64,000 nucleotides of DNA from Waddliaceae bacterium (GCA_963771045.1 CAVYRW010000004.1:1184001-1248000), one strand, 5' to 3'. Shown: positions 21,039 through 32,234, counted from the stretch's first letter. Made by a program: numbers and translations. Notes: generated by a model not told the origin, from the sequence alone.

Positions 21039-22643
21039 GTTATTTATCGACCTCGCAAACCTGAAAAAACGGTTCTTTTTAACGTCATAAAAAGACACTA
21101 CAAGACATGGTACAAAAACTCTGAAAATCCCATTCCCAAATATGTAGACAAGGAGTTCCATAAGTATCTGGAATGCGGCATATTAGCTAATGGATTCGCG
21201 TGTGCTCATTGTTCTGACTGCAACAAAGACATATTCATCGCTTTTTCCTGTAAAGGCCGGGGAATCTGCCCCTCCTGCAACACACGAACAATGGTTGAAA
21301 CAGCTGCGCACCTCGTTGAAAATGTCATTCCGCCCATTCCCATCAGACAATTTGTGATCAGTTTTCCTATGCGGATTAGGCATTACCTTCAAACGTACAA
21401 AATCCTCCAAACCGTTTTAAATATTGTCGTCGATGAAATTCGAAAGAGGCTTATCATATGCAGTCCGGATATCATAGATCCTTAAAATCGGTGTCATTAG
21501 CTTCATCCAGTATTTTGGAAAGACACTAAATTTCCATCCTCATTTCCATCTTATTGTGGCTGATGGCCTCTTTAGCAAAGATGGCAGCGACCTTTTATTT
21601 CACGAGGCCTCATTGACTCCTGATGATATTGCGGACACCCAAGATTGCATAAGTAAAAGAGTGCTCAGGTATTTTGGGAGAAAGGGCTGGTTTGATAAGC
21701 AGACGATAAAAAGGATGCTCTCTAATGAAAACAGCGGATTTTCTCTCGATGCTAAAGTAAGAGTCCCCTCTTGGGATCGAAAAGGCTTAGAGCGTTTGAT
21801 AAGATACTGCGGCCGCCCTAGCTTTGCCAGCGAGAACTTGCGATGGAATGGTCCTTGGGTTCATTATCGCCTTCCTAAACTTAACTCACACCGGCAAAAC
21901 CTTTGTCCAAATTGAGCCTTTGGAATTTATCGAGAGGATTTCCCGGTTCATCCCCTATCCCCGCCGACACCTTCGTCATTATCACGGAGTTTTTGCTCCT
22001 AATTCTCCTTTAAGGAAGAAGGTGGCTGCCAGCGCTCAAAAACGCCCTGTATCCAGCATCCAAAAAAATTTACAAGAGTCTTCGAAAAAAGTTATAAAGG
22101 TTTCTTTCGACTGGGCAAAGCTCATAGCACGTATTTACAAAACCGATCCGTTGCTTTGTGAATGTGGTAATAAAATTAAAATTACCTCATTTGTCATCCA
22201 TACAGTTGAAATCAGACGCATATTAAACCGCTTAGGCTGCAGGGCCGAGATCCCGAAGTTCGACCAGCCCTACCCTCCTCCTGAATTGAATATCTGCCAA
22301 CTTCTGCCGTGGACTGAGGATGGATTTTCCCCGTTAGAAGATCGCACTCTAGGAGAATGGGGCCTTAGGTCCCCCCACTCATAGATCCATCCAATTGGGC
22401 AGACAATATCGACCCCCCTTTTTGGGAAGATTGAACCATATACGATGATCGCTTCAGAAGGGGCCGATACCTTTTGCTCTCATTTCTCCCAAAATCATGT
22501 CATATCTCTAACAAATCAGGAAAAAAACACGAATTTGAAGAAAATTGTCTGATTATTGTTCAAAAATAAAGAAATCAAAGCCCACCTTTCTGACAATCCG
22601 ATCTAGGATAAGGCCGTAGACATGCTTGATCTTCCTATACATT
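21037..22643 (+). mobile_element. IS91/ISCR-like element (longest copy, slightly 5'-truncated)
   Basis: Near-identical to 11251-11758 and 3795-5230; same two +1 frameshifts; same TTCCTATACATT end. Confidence 0.88.
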
Positions 22644-22801
22644 AGGATTGGCGGCTATCAAGAAATTTTAATCAAAAAGCCCTGGTGTCTTGACCCTATT
22701 ATTTTGTGACACTATTCTTACCGCTGCACTCACTTGATTTTTAGAATCGAGTAATATCTTACGTTCATCAACAGTGTAATGCTTCTTTAAAACTTCTAAG
22801 C

Positions 22802-23560
22802 TCACGAATAAACCTCCATGAGCTTAACACTTTTAAATCCGATTTTCTCATATAGAAACTTGGCATCGTTTGTTGCAGTTAGAACGCAAATATCACTTCC
22901 TTCATTTTTGGCTTTTTTCATAGCACTCAGTGTGCCCGCTTTTCCAAGTCCCCGTCCACGCATATGTGGATCGACAATCACGCCAAAAATAGAAGCAATG
23001 TCAGAAGAAATAAAAACTGAACTGGTAGCAACAGGTTTGTGGTCAACATACCCGACAAGCAAATGGAGATCGGAATTAAACATTAAATCTTTTGCTAACT
23101 GATAATACTTATTGACAGCTTCCTTTTCTTCTTCAGGGAGAATCGAAAACATCACTCTCATAAAATCACTGAGTTGTTCACTTGTCCGAACTTCCTGAAA
23201 ATAGTAGCTTTCACTTTGCAAAGGCCATTCAATATTATTCAGATTTACCTTCATGACCAACTCTTCTTCAGCGGGCTTTAGTCCGTGATTTTTGAGTTCG
23301 CCGGCCAGCCAGACAGGATCGCTGTCAAAACCTACCCACCAACAAAAAGGAAGTTCTTTTTGCCGGAAGTAATCGATGGAATTTTGAACCGAATCTTCCT
23401 CTTCTTGTCCAGTTGAACATATGATATTGAACATATCGGATTCTAGACCACTGTCAATCAGCAATGTCTTATAATTTTTCGTTACCAGCATTCCGGGAAC
23501 TTTTTGCGGAATGTAGGAAAAGTATTCTTTTATGTGTTGATCAATCATTATTTTGCTCAT
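22802..23560 (-). CDS. GNAT-family acetyltransferase
   Basis: VIVDPHMRGRGLG and LYEKIGF motifs. Confidence 0.85.
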   Translation of the reverse strand: MSKIMIDQHIKEYFSYIPQKVPGMLVTKNYKTLLIDSGLESDMFNIICSTGQEEEDSVQNSIDYFRQKELPFCWWVGFDSDPVWLAGELKNHGLKPAEEELVMKVNLNNIEWPLQSESYYFQEVRTSEQLSDFMRVMFSILPEEEKEAVNKYYQLAKDLMFNSDLHLLVGYVDHKPVATSSVFISSDIASIFGVIVDPHMRGRGLGKAGTLSAMKKAKNEGSDICVLTATNDAKFLYEKIGFKSVKLMEVYS

Positions 23561-24227
23561 TGATTATATTATGTCTCAATAAATTATTTAAAAGGTTATC
23601 CGCGCTGCTCGTAATATGGCTGTATAGCGCCTCTTTGGCCGACTCTATTTTTTTCTTCAGCGCAAAATTTGCGATTTCCCGGTGCTGTTTGTGATTCACT
23701 TTCATTAAAGGAGAATCGGCAAAATGAAAACTAAGTCTAACAAACCATTCATGCTTCAAAGCGCACAAATCACGGATTTTCAAAAGCTCCCTGATTGGAC
23801 AGGCGGCAACAAGCGCCGCATGAAATTCCCTGTTAACTGGTTCCCAAAGCGAGTATTCCACCATTTTTTGGGTTTCCAGTTTTTTAAGCTTGTGCAGCGC
23901 GGCAACAATTTGAGATTCCCACTGATCATTTCCATTCTCTATCGATTGCTGTAGGCAGAGGCATTCGATTTCAGCATAAGTCTTCATGGAGTCAATCAAC
24001 TCTAGAGAGCTCTTTTTTGCGACTGTATACCCCTTATTTTCCTCAAAATCGAGCAGCCCTTTTTCGGCAAGACTCGACAAAGCCTCCCTAATTGGGCTTA
24101 AAGCCGTATGCAGCAATTGCTTTAGGTCTTCATTCTTTAAATGAGTTCCGGGAAGAAGCTCTCCTTCCAAAATTGCCCTTTCCAGCCTATGCCGGCACTT
24201 CGTTGCTAATGTTATCTTCTCATTCAT
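23541..24227 (-). CDS. GntR-family (FCD) transcriptional regulator
   Basis: ILEGELLPG...SPIREALSSLAEKGL wHTH; NREFHAALV...H FCD motif. Confidence 0.9.
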   Translation of the reverse strand: MNEKITLATKCRHRLERAILEGELLPGTHLKNEDLKQLLHTALSPIREALSSLAEKGLLDFEENKGYTVAKKSSLELIDSMKTYAEIECLCLQQSIENGNDQWESQIVAALHKLKKLETQKMVEYSLWEPVNREFHAALVAACPIRELLKIRDLCALKHEWFVRLSFHFADSPLMKVNHKQHREIANFALKKKIESAKEALYSHITSSADNLLNNLLRHNIINEQNND

Positions 24228-24246
24228 ACTTTATATGATATCACAT

Positions 24247-24277
24247 ATATTCGAATATGTCAAGTATATTCGAATAT
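24247..24277. promoter_or_regulatory. Tandem palindromic operator ATATTCGAATAT x2
   Basis: Perfect 12-bp palindromes at 24247-24258 and 24266-24277, between the divergent gntR and hydrolase genes. Confidence 0.65.
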
Positions 24278-24343
24278 TTTTGACTTAGCAAAAGTGATGT
24301 TTAATTGTTTTTTTTCTAATTAATGATACAACTATAGGCAATT

Positions 24344-24783
24344 ATGTTTGAAACACACAAATTCAATACAAATCAACACAATCTCTATGTTGAGACTTTT
24401 GGCCAAACTTCATCACCTGCTTGTCTGCTCATCCCCGGCGCTATGCAAGGAACTTGGGGTTGGAGCGATCGTTTTTGCCAAAAAATCGCGGGCGCCGGTT
24501 TCTACGTGATTCGATTTGACCACCGTGACATTGGCCGATCATCACGCACTCCTGAGGGAAAGGAATGCTAATGAAAATCAAAGCTCCAACCCTCATCATT
24601 CATGGCGATCAAGATCCGATCGCCCTCCCGAGATTAGCCCTCTCAATGACTCAAAACATTCCCAATTCCCAAGTAAAACTTATCAAAGGAATGGGGCATA
24701 TGTTCCTGAGCCAAGACCTCGAAGACAAAATATCCCAATTCTTAATTGAGCACATGAAAAAATCCGGCTCATCTGATAAATGA
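24344..24783 (+). pseudogene. Alpha/beta hydrolase with the middle deleted
   Basis: N-part LLIPG...VIRFDHRDIGRS and C-part PTLIIHGDQDP...GMGH; nucleophile elbow missing. Confidence 0.8.
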
Positions 24784-24907
24784 CGTTAATGACTCTCAAA
24801 TTATTTTACACACTCAAAAATAATGACCTGCAAACCTGTCTATCTGAATTAGAAAAGCGTTTCAAAAGAGAAAAATACGAATCCTGCGAAATTGCTCTTT
24901 GCAGCTA

Positions 24908-25932
24908 CTAAATAATCAGCATGGCATCGCCGTAGGAATAGAAGCGGAATCGGTCTTTCACTGCTTTCCGGTAAGCTTCCTTAATGAGTTCGTATCCTCC
25001 GAATGCCGAGACAAGCATCAGAAGCGAGGAGCCGGGCAAGTGGAAGTTCGTGATTAGCGATTTGACAAACTTAAACTCATACGAGGGATATATAAATATA
25101 TCCGTCTCCCCTTCCCCGGGTAAATCTTCCCTCCCGATGCGCATGATTCCAAAGCCCTGCATGTCGTTGTTCCCACGCATATTTGACGTTTTGCAAAGTG
25201 ATTCAGATGCCGGGCGGTCTGCGAACTTATTTTATAGAATTCGCTGTGCATGCTATGGCTTCGAATATCATCTGTTTGCACCGGTTTGAAGGTTCCCAGG
25301 CCAACATGCAAGGTAAGAATTTGAAGATGGGCTCCCTTAGTTTTTAATCCGCTTAGAAGGTCTTGGGTGAAATGCAGCCCGGCTGTGGGAGCGGCTAAGG
25401 CTCCCTTTTCCTTGGCGTATACCGTCTGATAACGCAGCTCATCCTCTGCCTCAGGGTCCCTGTCCATATAATGAGGAAGAGGCAGTGTTCCATATTTTTG
25501 CAAAAGATTGCCAAAATCTTGGGTAGAATCAAATCGGACGATTTTGTGGCCATTTTCAAGAGTGGCTTCGATCTCGCAATGGAAACTGTCTCCAAAAACA
25601 ATGCGATGTCCCTTTTTCACCTTTCTTCCCGGTTTGCAAAGCACTTCCCATCTCGCTTGTTCAAGATTCTTCAGGAGAAAAATTTCGACAGCGGCTCCTG
25701 TTTCCTTGTTGCCGACGAGCCTGGCTTTGACCACCTTGGTATCATTAAAGATAAACTGATCTCCCTCTTCCGCCCATTCAAGAAGATCTCGAAAACGCAT
25801 CTCGGATAAATTGCCCGAAGCTCTGTCGACAATCATGAGCCTGGATTCATCCCTTTTTTTTAAAGGGAATTGGGCGATCAGCTCCTTGGGCAATTCATAT
25901 TGATAGGCGGATAAATTATATAAATGACTCAT
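24908..25932 (-). CDS. queA: S-adenosylmethionine:tRNA ribosyltransferase-isomerase (frameshift at a G-run, ~25114-25117)
   Basis: [24 protein letters not shown], then [17 protein letters not shown]...[10 protein letters not shown] in a second frame. Confidence 0.92.
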
Positions 25933-25970
25933 AAAAAAAAAGAACGCGAAGAGTATGAGCTCTTCGCGTT
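25933..25970 (-). terminator. Intrinsic terminator-like hairpin
   Basis: 11-bp stem AACGCGAAGAG/CTCTTCGCGTT followed by T9 on the minus strand. Confidence 0.7.
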
Positions 25971-25979
25971 TTTCAAGCT

Positions 25980-26888
25980 TTATCGGGAGTGGGTATAGTC
26001 GGACACTTTGATCCCAGCCACTTGCTCATTCCTGTGAGGACCGGTCATGATCTCGATGCTGGCATCGGGAAAGGTCTTGGCCAAAATTTTTGCCGCATTG
26101 TCTCCCTGATGAGCCATAACCTCGATATCATCGATCGAAATTTTAGGGAGATTTCTATAATGCAGGTCGTTTTTTCCGGTTACAAGATGAACAGGAAATG
26201 GGGTCACGATGCCTTCATAAACTCCTGTTTTACTCATTACCATGTGCCTGGTGCTTTCCAGAGAGCTCGCAACTCTGCGGTCGGAGTTTTCACTGCTGCA
26301 GCCATGATATCCCACTTCATCGGCACGGACATGCCAATAGGGGTTTTCCGAATACATGGACAGATGAAATACATGCGTCCTTTCAGCTATAGCGGCGGCA
26401 GCGAGTCCTTCTTCCGAAATGGGACGGTTGAACTTATTGGGCATCATTGACGAGAGGTAATCTTCAACTTCGACTTCATTGACGATGCTGATCGCTCCTC
26501 CTACATCATAGACAAAGATCCTGCCGCGATAATCTTTTCCGTCGATTGACACAACGATTTCATGATCATCCGGAATGATCGCTATCTGATAGATACCGGG
26601 AAATTCTTCTCCCCATTTTAAACCTTGAGACAGCGCCTGCACGCGATTCCCCTTGGGAGAAAATCTAGTCGCAATCCTTTTGTTTTTGTAGGGATCATAC
26701 AAATTATACGTTCCCTTAACCTCTATGTCGGCATGAGGGGCGTCGTGCATCACAAGCACTCTAATTGTAGGAGGCTGAATGTTTTCATCGGAGACAAAAA
26801 CGCTTTTGAGCTTATCCCATATGCCCGCTTGCAGCGGGACTGCAGAGGCCGAGCAGATTATGCAGGCGGCGAGGAATCTGAGAATCAT
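25980..26888 (-). CDS. SpoIID/LytB-domain protein with signal peptide
   Basis: YRGRI...IVNEVEVEDYLSS...AAAAIAERT. Confidence 0.8.
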   Translation of the reverse strand: MILRFLAACIICSASAVPLQAGIWDKLKSVFVSDENIQPPTIRVLVMHDAPHADIEVKGTYNLYDPYKNKRIATRFSPKGNRVQALSQGLKWGEEFPGIYQIAIIPDDHEIVVSIDGKDYRGRIFVYDVGGAISIVNEVEVEDYLSSMMPNKFNRPISEEGLAAAAIAERTHVFHLSMYSENPYWHVRADEVGYHGCSSENSDRRVASSLESTRHMVMSKTGVYEGIVTPFPVHLVTGKNDLHYRNLPKISIDDIEVMAHQGDNAAKILAKTFPDASIEIMTGPHRNEQVAGIKVSDYTHSR

Positions 26889-26899
26889 CTTATTTCTCC

Positions 26900-27889
26900 T
26901 TAAAATTTTCCTAAATGCTTATAAGCCAGGTGGGTCGCAATGCGCCCCCTGGGAGTTCTTTTTAAAAATCCTATCCCGATGAGATAAGGTTCCACAACAT
27001 CTTCGATTGTCGAGGACTCTTCTCCGACAGCTACTGAGATCGTATTGATGCCCACAGGGCCTCCCTGATAATGATCGACAATGATGTTTAGTATCTTTTT
27101 ATCCAGCTCGTCCAGCCCCAGCTCGTCAATTGAGAGCATCTGCAAGGCATTGCAAGCGACTTCGCTGTTTATGCGGTTGTCGGCTTTAATCTGCGCAAAA
27201 TCCCGCACCCATCTCAGTAAGTTATTGGCTATGCGGGGGGTTCCCCGCGACCTTTTGGCAATTTCATCGGCCCCTTCCTGATCGATCGCAATATTTATGA
27301 TTTGGGCGGTTCGTTTTACAATGCCTGCCAATACCTTGGGCGTATAATACTCTAATCGGCAAGAAAATGCAAATCGAGATCTTAAGGGACCGGTTAAATG
27401 GCCCATGCGGGTCGTGGCTCCAGCCAAAGTGAATCGGTTCAAATTGACTTTAACAGAGCGGGCGTTAGGACCGCTGTCAATGAGCAAATCAAGCGTATAA
27501 TCCTCCATGGCAGGATAAAGATATTCTTCGATCACACGATTAAGTTGGTGGATTTCGTCGATAAAAAGGATGTCGCCTTCCTGCAGATTTGTCAGCAGGC
27601 CGGCAAGGTCCCCAGCCTTTTCGATTACCGGGCCTGAAGTGACGACCACATTAGTGCCCATTTCCCTGGCTAAAATGTTGGCAAGGGTCGTCTTACCCAG
27701 TCCGGGCGGCCCGCTAAACAGGCAGTGCCCCAGCGGCTCCTTTCTTTGCCGGGCTGCTTCGATAACAACCGCAAGTCTCTCACAAATAGACTCCTGTCCT
27801 TTAAAATCAGTCAAAGACTGAGGACGAAGCGGTTCTTCAAATTGCGAATCTTCTTGGCAAAATGACGATTCAATAAACGTTTCAGTCAT
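26900..27889 (-). CDS. ruvB: Holliday junction helicase RuvB
   Basis: LRPQSLTDFKGQ, GPPGLGKTTLA, LFIDEIH, RGTPRIANNLL, RTPRGR. Confidence 0.97.
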   Translation of the reverse strand: MTETFIESSFCQEDSQFEEPLRPQSLTDFKGQESICERLAVVIEAARQRKEPLGHCLFSGPPGLGKTTLANILAREMGTNVVVTSGPVIEKAGDLAGLLTNLQEGDILFIDEIHQLNRVIEEYLYPAMEDYTLDLLIDSGPNARSVKVNLNRFTLAGATTRMGHLTGPLRSRFAFSCRLEYYTPKVLAGIVKRTAQIINIAIDQEGADEIAKRSRGTPRIANNLLRWVRDFAQIKADNRINSEVACNALQMLSIDELGLDELDKKILNIIVDHYQGGPVGINTISVAVGEESSTIEDVVEPYLIGIGFLKRTPRGRIATHLAYKHLGKF

Positions 27890-29245
27890 CTAATAGAGTC
27901 CTAATGCATTCAGGAATACGATTATTATCAATAAGGGAGCCACGTATTTAAAGCAAATCCAAACATAGACATTAAACAACTTGTTTTCTTTCAGCTTTTT
28001 GGAAGCGCCCAAGTGCAGCTCTTTGAGTGCATTGCCAATCCCCCACTTCCAACCAACTAGGGCTATGGCAAAAAATCCTCCCAGTGGAATCAATATACTA
28101 GTTGCGGCAAAACTCATCAACTGCAGAATATTCATCCCCAAAAAAGTCGTATCTTTCAAGACATTATTTGACAAGGCGCAAGGGAGGCCGACAAGAAAAA
28201 CACCGGCAGCGACCAAGGATACGGCTCTTGTCCGCTTCCACTGGAATCTGTCGATAAGGTAGGCAATAGCCGGCTCCATGGCAGAGATTTGAGAGGTCAG
28301 CGATGCCAGAAACACGAGCAGGAAAAACAGAAGGCCCAGAAAATACCCGCCGGCGATCTTGCTGAAAACAAGTGGAAGTGTTTGAAAAAGGAGTCCCTCG
28401 CCTGCCCCCGGTTCCATACCCACTGAAAAGACTATCGTAAACACGGCGATAGCGGAAAAAAGCGATACAAGCGTATCCATAATGACAACAGGAAAACAGC
28501 TGGTGACAATATTGTCATTTCTTTTGAGATAACTCCCGTAGGTGACCATTGTCCCCTGTCCGATGCTCAAGGTGAAAAATGACTGGCCGAGAGCGATTAA
28601 AAACATCATAGGGGTGACTTCATTCCAATCGGGGCTGAACAAAAACCGGAGCCCCTCGAAAGCGTTCGGCATCAAAAGTCCTTTGACGACCAGAATGAAA
28701 AGAACGAGATAAAGAATAGGCATGATAATTTTATTGCCCCTCTCGATGCCTCCTTTGACGCCGCTAACCAAAACGTACCAGCAAAAAACTAAAAAAAGAG
28801 TATGACAGCTGACTCCCCACCAGGCAGATTCCATCAGGGATTGATGGTGCGCCGCGACATCATGAAGGCCGGAAAACGACGAAATATTGCCCCTGACAGC
28901 TTCGAAGAGATACCCGACTATCCAACCGGCGACAGCGCTGTAAAATGCGCTGACAATAAACCCCGTGATAATTGTAATACCGCCAAGCCCGCCCCAAAGC
29001 TTGCTATTTCCGACGGAAGAGAAGGCTCCCGCCGGACTTTTTTGCGTGGTGCGGCCGATGAGCACTTCGGAAATAAAAACGGGAAAGCCGATGGCCAGCA
29101 GGCACAAAAGATAGGTGATGACAAAAATCGCCCCCCCGTTGCTGCCGACGACATAAGGGAAACGCCAAATGTTGGCAAGTCCTACGGCCGAGCCAGCCGC
29201 AGCGAAGACAAAACCGACCTTTGAACTCCATGCACCACGTTTCAT
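27890..29245 (-). CDS. Sodium-dependent (NSS/SNF-family) transporter
   Basis: AAGSAVGLANIWRFPY, ALGQSFFTLSIG; multiple TM helices. Confidence 0.92.
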   Translation of the reverse strand: MKRGAWSSKVGFVFAAAGSAVGLANIWRFPYVVGSNGGAIFVITYLLCLLAIGFPVFISEVLIGRTTQKSPAGAFSSVGNSKLWGGLGGITIITGFIVSAFYSAVAGWIVGYLFEAVRGNISSFSGLHDVAAHHQSLMESAWWGVSCHTLFLVFCWYVLVSGVKGGIERGNKIIMPILYLVLFILVVKGLLMPNAFEGLRFLFSPDWNEVTPMMFLIALGQSFFTLSIGQGTMVTYGSYLKRNDNIVTSCFPVVIMDTLVSLFSAIAVFTIVFSVGMEPGAGEGLLFQTLPLVFSKIAGGYFLGLLFFLLVFLASLTSQISAMEPAIAYLIDRFQWKRTRAVSLVAAGVFLVGLPCALSNNVLKDTTFLGMNILQLMSFAATSILIPLGGFFAIALVGWKWGIGNALKELHLGASKKLKENKLFNVYVWICFKYVAPLLIIIVFLNALGLY

Positions 29246-29360
29246 ATTGGTTACAATTTTAAAGCAGTTCTACAATAATTTAAAGTAAAAAATATTTATT
29301 CATCAGCATGGATTATATATTAAAAAATTTAAAACAAAAACTTATATTAATAATAGGAAA

Positions 29361-30275
29361 TTATTCCGACTGATTTTGAATCAATAGATCCGGCACAACA
29401 TTGCCGACTAAGAAAAATTCTCCCTCATTTGGAACTTCTCCAAAAAAAAGATGCAGTAAGACGGGATCTTCAATCTTATCTGTCAATTCAAGGGGTGTTC
29501 GGGAATAAACAACCAAATGTTTAATTTGTTCCCGGGCAAGAGCTAAATCAATTCCCCTTTGCCTCTTTTTTTCCTTTACATAGTAAAGGCCGAAGTAGTC
29601 ATAACCTTTTGTTTGAGAATATTTTTCGAGATCCCTAACATACATTTCCTTGTCATCGGCAAATACAATCTGAGTCAATGGTTTATTATGGGGACAGAGA
29701 TTTTGAATAAAATAATCCAAGACAGCCGATTTCGCATTCCCATCCCCGACATATAAGACTCCCCGATCGTAGAGAGATTCAGCTTGAAGAGTGAATCTTT
29801 TCCGATCCAAAGGAACATTTTTTCCCAGTTGGATTCCTAAATTCTGCAATATTTTATGCGTCACTTCTGCTAATTGAGGGGTGCGGCTGGTCAATCCAAC
29901 AACAGAAATGTCTTCTTTATTGCATTTCTCGATAAGATCTTTGATTCGCTCATCGACTAAAGTGAACTCCAGATGTTTTTGCAAAAGGGTGTCGAATGAA
30001 CAAAATGCCTGCCTTATCTCTTTTTCAGAGTGAGTCTTTTTTTTATTAAAAAAGTCTCTAAGCCCATAGTAGCATGCGGGATTACCCAGAGTTGTATTGG
30101 AGCGAAAGAGCGTGTCGTCTAAATCAAGAACAACCAAAGTATTTTCCTGTACATACTCATCAATTGCCATAATGTCCTCGCTTTCCAGGACCTGGACAAC
30201 CGATGCATGAAGGAAAAGCGGGACAAGAAAGCAAGAAAAAAAGAGGCGGGTTTTCTGAATCATGTTAGGAAACAT
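29361..30275 (-). CDS. HAD-like (DUF2608-type) protein
   Basis: VLDLDDTL, GLTSR, FADDK HAD motifs; signal-like N-terminus; start uncertain. Confidence 0.75.
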   Translation of the reverse strand: MFPNMIQKTRLFFSCFLVPLFLHASVVQVLESEDIMAIDEYVQENTLVVLDLDDTLFRSNTTLGNPACYYGLRDFFNKKKTHSEKEIRQAFCSFDTLLQKHLEFTLVDERIKDLIEKCNKEDISVVGLTSRTPQLAEVTHKILQNLGIQLGKNVPLDRKRFTLQAESLYDRGVLYVGDGNAKSAVLDYFIQNLCPHNKPLTQIVFADDKEMYVRDLEKYSQTKGYDYFGLYYVKEKKRQRGIDLALAREQIKHLVVYSRTPLELTDKIEDPVLLHLFFGEVPNEGEFFLVGNVVPDLLIQNQSE

Positions 30276-30441
30276 ACCCTCTCCTTTTTTTCTTGTCAAA
30301 AAGCGGCTTTCTTGATTTTTAAAAAATATTTTTGATAATTCTTGTACGACAATTAACGCATCCTTTAAAATGTCTTTACATTTAGATGTTTAACTTTAAA
30401 TATGAGAACGATAAAATGGGTATTTAACCCGAGGTGCAATT

Positions 30442-31131
30442 ATGACAGATGTTGCCGAAATTGATAAGACCAGCAAAGCAGAATATGACGCCTTTGTCGG
30501 CGATCATAGTTTGCAAACCCTCCTTACCATGATGCTTGTCGATAAAATCGACACGACCGATAAGCAGACGCGGGAAGAGGTGGATATTTTAACCGACAGG
30601 CAAAAAAGAATTGAATTTCTCAATAAATACCTTCGCGCCATCAATTCCAACACGAATAGCAAAGACGGAGCGGTCAAAACGTGCAATCTTGAAGAGTTAA
30701 AACAGGAAGGGCTCGAACTTCTGGAAGAGGCAGACAATAGAAAAGCCAAAGCGGACGATCTTAAAGACAAGGTTGCGGAGCTAAAAGAAAGCGAAGGCGA
30801 CCATGCCGCAGAAATTGCCAAGCTGGAAAAAGAGATTAGTTGGCTGGAAGAGTCGGCCGAAGAGATTTATACGGTGCTGCAAAGCTGCGATATTATTGAC
30901 AAGAATAATAGCCCTGTCAAAGCCCCTAAAAAATATTCCGATACAGTAAGGACAAAAATTATTGAAAATATTCGCTCTTACAGTAAAATGCTACAGTCAA
31001 GAAACAATTATCAGTCCCAAGTTGTTTCTCGATTTAACAATGAGCGGCACGAAGTTTTAATGCTTGCCAAAGATATGGCCAGGTCTCTTCACGAGATTCT
31101 GAAGAAAATGGCAAGCAATATTAGAGGTTAA
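30442..31131 (+). CDS. Coiled-coil protein, first gene of a putative T3SS translocator-like operon
   Basis: GAGG RBS; helical/coiled-coil composition; translationally coupled to the next gene. Confidence 0.7.
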   Translation: MTDVAEIDKTSKAEYDAFVGDHSLQTLLTMMLVDKIDTTDKQTREEVDILTDRQKRIEFLNKYLRAINSNTNSKDGAVKTCNLEELKQEGLELLEEADNRKAKADDLKDKVAELKESEGDHAAEIAKLEKEISWLEESAEEIYTVLQSCDIIDKNNSPVKAPKKYSDTVRTKIIENIRSYSKMLQSRNNYQSQVVSRFNNERHEVLMLAKDMARSLHEILKKMASNIRG

Positions 31132-32234
31132 TGATGAAAATTGATCCCGTAACAAGCGATCGTTCGTTTATCGCCCCGCCGGCAGATAGCGAACCGGCGT
31201 CTTTAAAAAAGAGCGCGCCAGCAGGTGTTGCCGAATGTACCGATAGCTTTTTAGGTGAAACTCCGAGTGAAAAAGCTAAAAATGATTTTTCCCTCAACCA
31301 AAACTCTCCATCTGTTGTCCTTCGCGAAAAAGGGATGGCCGCATGGCAGGGCCGGGTTGCAAAGCTGCTCCACAATTTTGCCAATATCTATGATCGAAAT
31401 CTCCAAAAAGGGCAGACAGAACTGGAAGACGACCTGCTATCCTATTACAAAGCCGCAGCACCGGTTGTGAGCGATGAAGCATCGCCCGAGCTCAAAGAAA
31501 TGATCGATGGTATCAATGAAATCATCGAAGTTTTCGAAGATGACAGCTATGATGATGATTTCAATTTTGAAAAAACAATGCTGTGCTTCCAGAAGTTGAT
31601 GCTCAAGTCAATTAAAGACGATGCCGAAACCCATCAGAGCATGATCAAGCAATTTGAAGATGAGCTGAGAAAAATCGGAAAAAAACGAAATAAGGAACTC
31701 CAGAAGATCATTAACCGCATGGGACGCAAAAAGTGGTTCAATGCTCTGCAGGCCGCGGGAATCGCGATTGGAGGTGTTGCCGGAATTATTGCCCTGACAG
31801 TAGCTTCCGCCGGAACAGCGACGATCGTCGGAGCGGCTGCCGGAGCGGTGATTTTAACCGGCATGGGCATTGACAAAACAGCCGGAAGCCCTACGGAAAA
31901 ATTGATTAAAGATATCACTCCCGACGCGCTAATCGATTCGGTGAAGGTTGGGATGACATTTGTCGGGACACTTCTCTATAGTTTGAATAAGCTTCTTGTT
32001 GTTCCGATGATTTTCGACCTTTTTTCCGAAGGGGGCAAAGCAGTGACCGAGCTGCAAAACAGCTATACGGAAAAAAACATAGAAAAGCAGAAAAACAAAG
32101 CCAAACTGCGTTCGGAGTCTATCGATGATCTGAACAGCCATTTGGAGTTTTTAGGCAATATTGTGAAGCAGTGCCACAAAATTATGAAAGATACTGTCAG
32201 AAACCCGCATATATTTTCTGACCAATTAAGGTAG
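31131..32234 (+). CDS. Putative T3SS major translocator (CopB/SctE-like)
   Basis: S/P-rich N-terminus, coiled coil, Gly/Ala-rich hydrophobic hairpin (AAGIAIGGVAGIIALTVASAGTATIVGAAAGAVIL), C-terminal coiled coil. Confidence 0.55.
   Translation: MMKIDPVTSDRSFIAPPADSEPASLKKSAPAGVAECTDSFLGETPSEKAKNDFSLNQNSPSVVLREKGMAAWQGRVAKLLHNFANIYDRNLQKGQTELEDDLLSYYKAAAPVVSDEASPELKEMIDGINEIIEVFEDDSYDDDFNFEKTMLCFQKLMLKSIKDDAETHQSMIKQFEDELRKIGKKRNKELQKIINRMGRKKWFNALQAAGIAIGGVAGIIALTVASAGTATIVGAAAGAVILTGMGIDKTAGSPTEKLIKDITPDALIDSVKVGMTFVGTLLYSLNKLLVVPMIFDLFSEGGKAVTELQNSYTEKNIEKQKNKAKLRSESIDDLNSHLEFLGNIVKQCHKIMKDTVRNPHIFSDQLR

Noticed and set aside
25933..25980. preQ1 riboswitch upstream of queA
   Set aside because: The ~47-nt gap is filled by one hairpin and lacks a recognisable preQ1 aptamer
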